A stretch of DNA of 38,933 nucleotides, taken from the sequence record SRR20825006_1429, one strand, 5' to 3'. The translations under genes were made by a program, and so were the position numbers. Below the pieces are notes generated by a model. The model did no database searches, was not told where the DNA came from, and saw only the letters and a program-made list of their open reading frames with translations. Shown here in pieces: positions 35,571 to 38,933 of the stretch. Position 1 is the stretch's first letter; each line of letters begins with the position of its first letter.

Positions 35571-36710
35571 TCAGACGCTGCCGCCCTTGATCTGCGTCGC
35601 CGCCTGCGTATAGCCGCCCGCCGCCCCGTCGATGAAATGCACGTGATCGTCGCGCATCATCGACGGCACGATGCAGGTCATCAATGCCTCGCTCTGACTG
35701 TGCATCCCATAACGGATCGTGCCCGCCTTGCGCGCGTCTTCCATGATTTCCGTCAGCCGCGCTGCGGTGGCGTCGTCACAGTCCAGCGTCATCTTCAACC
35801 CGTCGTCGAACTTGCGAAAGTCCGCATTCTCCCCGACGGAGCGGGCATAGCTGCGCGCATCGAAGCCACCGATTTTCAGTCCGGTCCTGATCAGCAGCCA
35901 GGCCAGGAAGCTCTCGAACAGGATCTGCCGCTTGCGCTTGGCCACGGTCATTTTGCCATGGGTGGCGCGGGCCTCCATCTCGGCGCCTGCGGGTGGCCAG
36001 CCTGCACCGGGTCCGTCGACGGGTGCGGGGTGACCGTTGCGCTCCAGATCGCCGACCACCTTCAACACATCCCGGATCAAGTCCGCGACGGCTGTGTCGT
36101 CGGCACCTTCTTCCGGCTGGATCAAGACTGACAGAATCTGCCCGTTGCGCGCTTTCATCTGGCTCCAGCGGCAGGACAGGCCGGTCAGGTCAGGCTGGGT
36201 GCCTGCAGGTGCATGGGGCAGGTCGAACTGGCCGCGTTTCATCTCTGCCTCGGCCCAGCTGATGCCGCCGCCGGTGAACATGGCGTAATCCACACCCTTT
36301 GCGGCCTGATACCGTGCCACGGCCACGTCGCGGCCCGCGCTGCGGATCTCGGCCACCGGCAACATGGCCACGCGCAGGGTCAGGCCGAATTCCTCGGCGG
36401 CCCAGACACGCACCTCGGACAAGGCCCGCGCCGCGGCATCGGCATGTTCGCCCGGACAGGCAAAGGCCGCCCCGTCACCGCCGAAGATGAAAGGAAACGC
36501 ACGCCCTTCAGCCGCGTTGATCTGCGCCGAGATCACGGCAGCGCCGATCATATTGACTGTCTTGTAACGCCCTTCTGCAATCGCCTGTGTCGACCCCACG
36601 ATATCCGACGCCCCCACGACCCAGTCATCGGGCAACGGAGTATAAAGCGCCTGGTCAGACAGCTTGGCAAAGGCATCCTGCAAGGGCAGCTGATTATAGA
36701 AGTCGTTCAT
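35571..36710 (-). CDS. DUF3095 family protein
   Basis: Start ATG 36710 (MNDFY); YTPLPDDW...SDIVGST.AI.EGRYK.VN, FIFGGDGA, DLTGLSCRW, DFRKFDD.LKM and HVHFIDGA.GGY. Confidence 0.82.
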   Translation of the reverse strand: MNDFYNQLPLQDAFAKLSDQALYTPLPDDWVVGASDIVGSTQAIAEGRYKTVNMIGAAVISAQINAAEGRAFPFIFGGDGAAFACPGEHADAAARALSEVRVWAAEEFGLTLRVAMLPVAEIRSAGRDVAVARYQAAKGVDYAMFTGGGISWAEAEMKRGQFDLPHAPAGTQPDLTGLSCRWSQMKARNGQILSVLIQPEEGADDTAVADLIRDVLKVVGDLERNGHPAPVDGPGAGWPPAGAEMEARATHGKMTVAKRKRQILFESFLAWLLIRTGLKIGGFDARSYARSVGENADFRKFDDGLKMTLDCDDATAARLTEIMEDARKAGTIRYGMHSQSEALMTCIVPSMMRDDHVHFIDGAAGGYTQAATQIKGGSV

Positions 36711-36817
36711 CCGGTCTCTCGCTTTCTGCTCTTGCGGCACGCTTGCCCTTATACCCACTCTTGCACGGGCGTGGTGTCCGTGTAACCAAGCTTCACCAAA
36801 GCTTGAAAGGCCGCACA

Positions 36818-37990
36818 ATGCGTTCCGGACTGTTTCTTCTGGCGCTGGCCTATGTGCTGAGCCAATTCTTTCGCGCCTTTCTTGCGGTGCTGGCCGGTCC
36901 GCTTGAAAGCGATCTGGGCCTGACACCCGAAGATCTGGCCTTTGCCTCGGGCCTTTGGTTCCTGTCCTTCGCCGCCATGCAGCTTCCTGTCGGCTGGGCG
37001 CTGGACACCATCGGCCCACGCCGCACCGCAGCCGCTTTGCTGTTGGTGGGCGGCGGGGGCGGGGCGGCGCTGTTTGCGATAGCGACAAACGCGGTTCACA
37101 TCGACATGGCCATGGTGCTGATCGGGATCGGCTGCTCACCGGTGCTGATGGCATCCTATTACATTTTCGCCCGCGAATTTCCGCCCCTGCAATTCGCCAC
37201 GCTGGCGGCGCTGATGGTGGGCGTCGGAACCGTAGGCAATCTGATCGCATCCTACCCCATGGCCATGTCCGCCGAACTGATCGGCTGGCGCGCCTCGATG
37301 GGTGGGCTGGCGGCATTGTCGGCTGTGGTGGCCATAGGCGTGGCGCTGACCGTGCGCGACCCCGCCAAGCCGGAAAGTGATCTGCGCGGGTCGGTGTTCG
37401 ACCTGCTGAAAATGCCGGTGCTGTGGCTGATCCTGCCGCTGACGTTCGTCCACTATGCCCCCGCCGGGGCCATTCGCGGGCTGTGGATCGGGCCCTATCT
37501 GCGCGATGTCTTTGACGCCAGCCAGTCACAGATCGGCATGGCCACGCTGTTGATGGGTCTGGCGATGATCGCGGGCGTGGTGATGTATGGCCCGCTCGAC
37601 CGGCTGGTGGGCAGCCGCAAATGGGTGAACTTTACCGGCAATGCGCTGACCGCCGCTGTGGTGCTGACCCTGTGGGCGATGCCACAGCCAGGCATGTGGA
37701 CTGCCGTGGCGCTGATGTGCGCCGTGGGCCTGTTCGGGGCGTCCTTCCCGGTTATGATCGCCCACGGTCGCAGCTTTGTGCCCCCCCACCTGACCGGTCG
37801 TGGCGTGACCCTGCTGAACCTCTTTGGCATCGGCGGTGTCGGGCTGATGCAATTCGTCTCCGGACGGCTGCACGCAGGCGCACAGGGCGGCGATGTGGCG
37901 GCCCCCTATGCGGCGATTTTCGGGTTCTTCGGGCTGGCTTTGGTCGCCGGTCTGGCCGTCTACCTGTTTTCCCGCGACAACATCGCCTGA
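36818..37990 (+). CDS. MFS transporter
   Basis: About 12 hydrophobic segments; GWALDTIGPRR and GPLDRLVGSRK motif A repeats. Start ATG 36818. Confidence 0.9.
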   Translation: MRSGLFLLALAYVLSQFFRAFLAVLAGPLESDLGLTPEDLAFASGLWFLSFAAMQLPVGWALDTIGPRRTAAALLLVGGGGGAALFAIATNAVHIDMAMVLIGIGCSPVLMASYYIFAREFPPLQFATLAALMVGVGTVGNLIASYPMAMSAELIGWRASMGGLAALSAVVAIGVALTVRDPAKPESDLRGSVFDLLKMPVLWLILPLTFVHYAPAGAIRGLWIGPYLRDVFDASQSQIGMATLLMGLAMIAGVVMYGPLDRLVGSRKWVNFTGNALTAAVVLTLWAMPQPGMWTAVALMCAVGLFGASFPVMIAHGRSFVPPHLTGRGVTLLNLFGIGGVGLMQFVSGRLHAGAQGGDVAAPYAAIFGFFGLALVAGLAVYLFSRDNIA

Positions 37991-38066
37991 AACGCGGGCG
38001 CGTGCCCCTTTCAACGGGGGACCAAGCGGTATATGGACGCCGAGCACCCAATAATGGAGAATCGCA

Positions 38067-38933
38067 ATGGGTTATCGCGTCGTCGTCGTTGGCGCCACCG
38101 GAAACGTGGGCCACGAAATGCTGAACATCCTGGCAGAGCGCCAGTTCCCGGTGGATGAAATCACCGCTCTGGCCAGCCGCAAGTCGTTGGGCACGGAGGT
38201 CAGCTTTGGCGACAAGACACTCAAGACGAAGGATCTCGATACGTTCGATTTCACGGGTTGGGACATTGCGCTGTTTGCCGTTGGGTCGGAAGCGACCAAG
38301 AAATACGCGCCCATCGCCGCCAAGGCGGGTTGCTATGTCATTGATAACTCGTCGCTTTATCGCTACGATGCTGACATTCCGCTGATCGTGCCCGAGGTGA
38401 ACCCCGAAGCCATTGAACTGGCCGTCAAGCGCAAGATCATCGCCAACCCCAACTGCTCGACCGCGCAGATGGTCGTGGCGCTGAAGCCGCTGCACGACCG
38501 TGCGCGCATCAAACGCGTTGTCGTCAGCACCTACCAGTCGGTTTCGGGCGCGGGCAAAGAGGGCATTGACGAGCTGTGGGACCAGACCAAGTCGATGTAC
38601 AACCCCACCGATGACAAGCCTGCGCGCAAGTTCACAAAGCAGATCGCGTTCAACGTGATCCCGCACATCGACGTGTTCATGGACTCGGGCGAGACCAAGG
38701 AAGAGTGGAAGATGGTCGCAGAGACGAAGAAAATCGTCGACCCGTCCATCAAGGTCACAGCGACCTGCGTGCGGGTTCCGGTCTTTGTCGGCCACTCGGA
38801 AGCGATCAACATCGAGTTTGAAGAGTTCCTGGACGAGGACGAAGCCCGCGACATCCTGCGCGAAGCGCCCGGTGTCATGGTGATCGACAAGCGCGAAGAC
38901 GGTGGCTATGTCACGCCGGTTGAATGCGTTGGC
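38067..38933 (+). CDS. asd: Aspartate-semialdehyde dehydrogenase (3' end runs off the window)
   Basis: Absent from the ORF track; translated by hand: MGYRVVVVGATGNVG...VIDNSS..R...PLIVPEVN...IIANPNCSTAQ...STYQSVSGAG...IAFNVIPHID...ATCVRVPVFVGHSE; GGAG SD. Confidence 0.96.
   Translation, partial: MGYRVVVVGATGNVGHEMLNILAERQFPVDEITALASRKSLGTEVSFGDKTLKTKDLDTFDFTGWDIALFAVGSEATKKYAPIAAKAGCYVIDNSSLYRYDADIPLIVPEVNPEAIELAVKRKIIANPNCSTAQMVVALKPLHDRARIKRVVVSTYQSVSGAGKEGIDELWDQTKSMYNPTDDKPARKFTKQIAFNVIPHIDVFMDSGETKEEWKMVAETKKIVDPSIKVTATCVRVPVFVGHSEAINIEFEEFLDEDEARDILREAPGVMVIDKREDGGYVTPVECVG

Noticed and set aside
35571-37529. 652-aa version of the DUF3095 ORF overlapping the MFS gene
   Set aside because: The N-terminal ~270 aa is Arg/Pro/Ala-rich antisense read-through of the MFS gene; family-like sequence begins at ATG 36710.
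37752-38795. 347-aa minus-strand ORF
   Set aside because: Antisense to asd, which is unambiguous on the plus strand.

Overview
High-GC alphaproteobacterial chromosomal window; gene content suggests Rhodobacteraceae/Roseobacter group (inference). Housekeeping flanks are ccrM-rnhB on the left and, on the right, two secreted proteins, a membrane-anchored winged-helix protein, an HpcH aldolase, DUF3095, an MFS transporter and asd. Between them lies a ~31.4 kb catabolic block (1556-32923) bounded by two terminators, with no integrase, transposase or tRNA. The block has three modules. (A) An Lrp-associated cluster: two HAD type II hydrolases (one resembling L-azetidine-2-carboxylate hydrolase), class III aminotransferase, GabD, a second aldehyde dehydrogenase, tartrate/D-malate dehydrogenase, GhrA, two FAD amine oxidoreductases, two GNATs, ArgE, a cupin and a Dpp/Opp-type ABC importer. 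I infer an azetidine/cyclic imino acid route through D-malate to pyruvate. (B) A nested LysR module: hydantoinase/oxoprolinase A+B plus a split three-subunit opine-oxidase-like enzyme, with a duplicated operator/promoter flanking the LysR gene; a candidate lactam-opine pathway. (C) A LysR plus an N-methylproline-demethylase-like flavoprotein. No RNA genes, CRISPR arrays or mobile elements were recognised. Family calls come from reading motifs without database searches; substrate assignments are inference.
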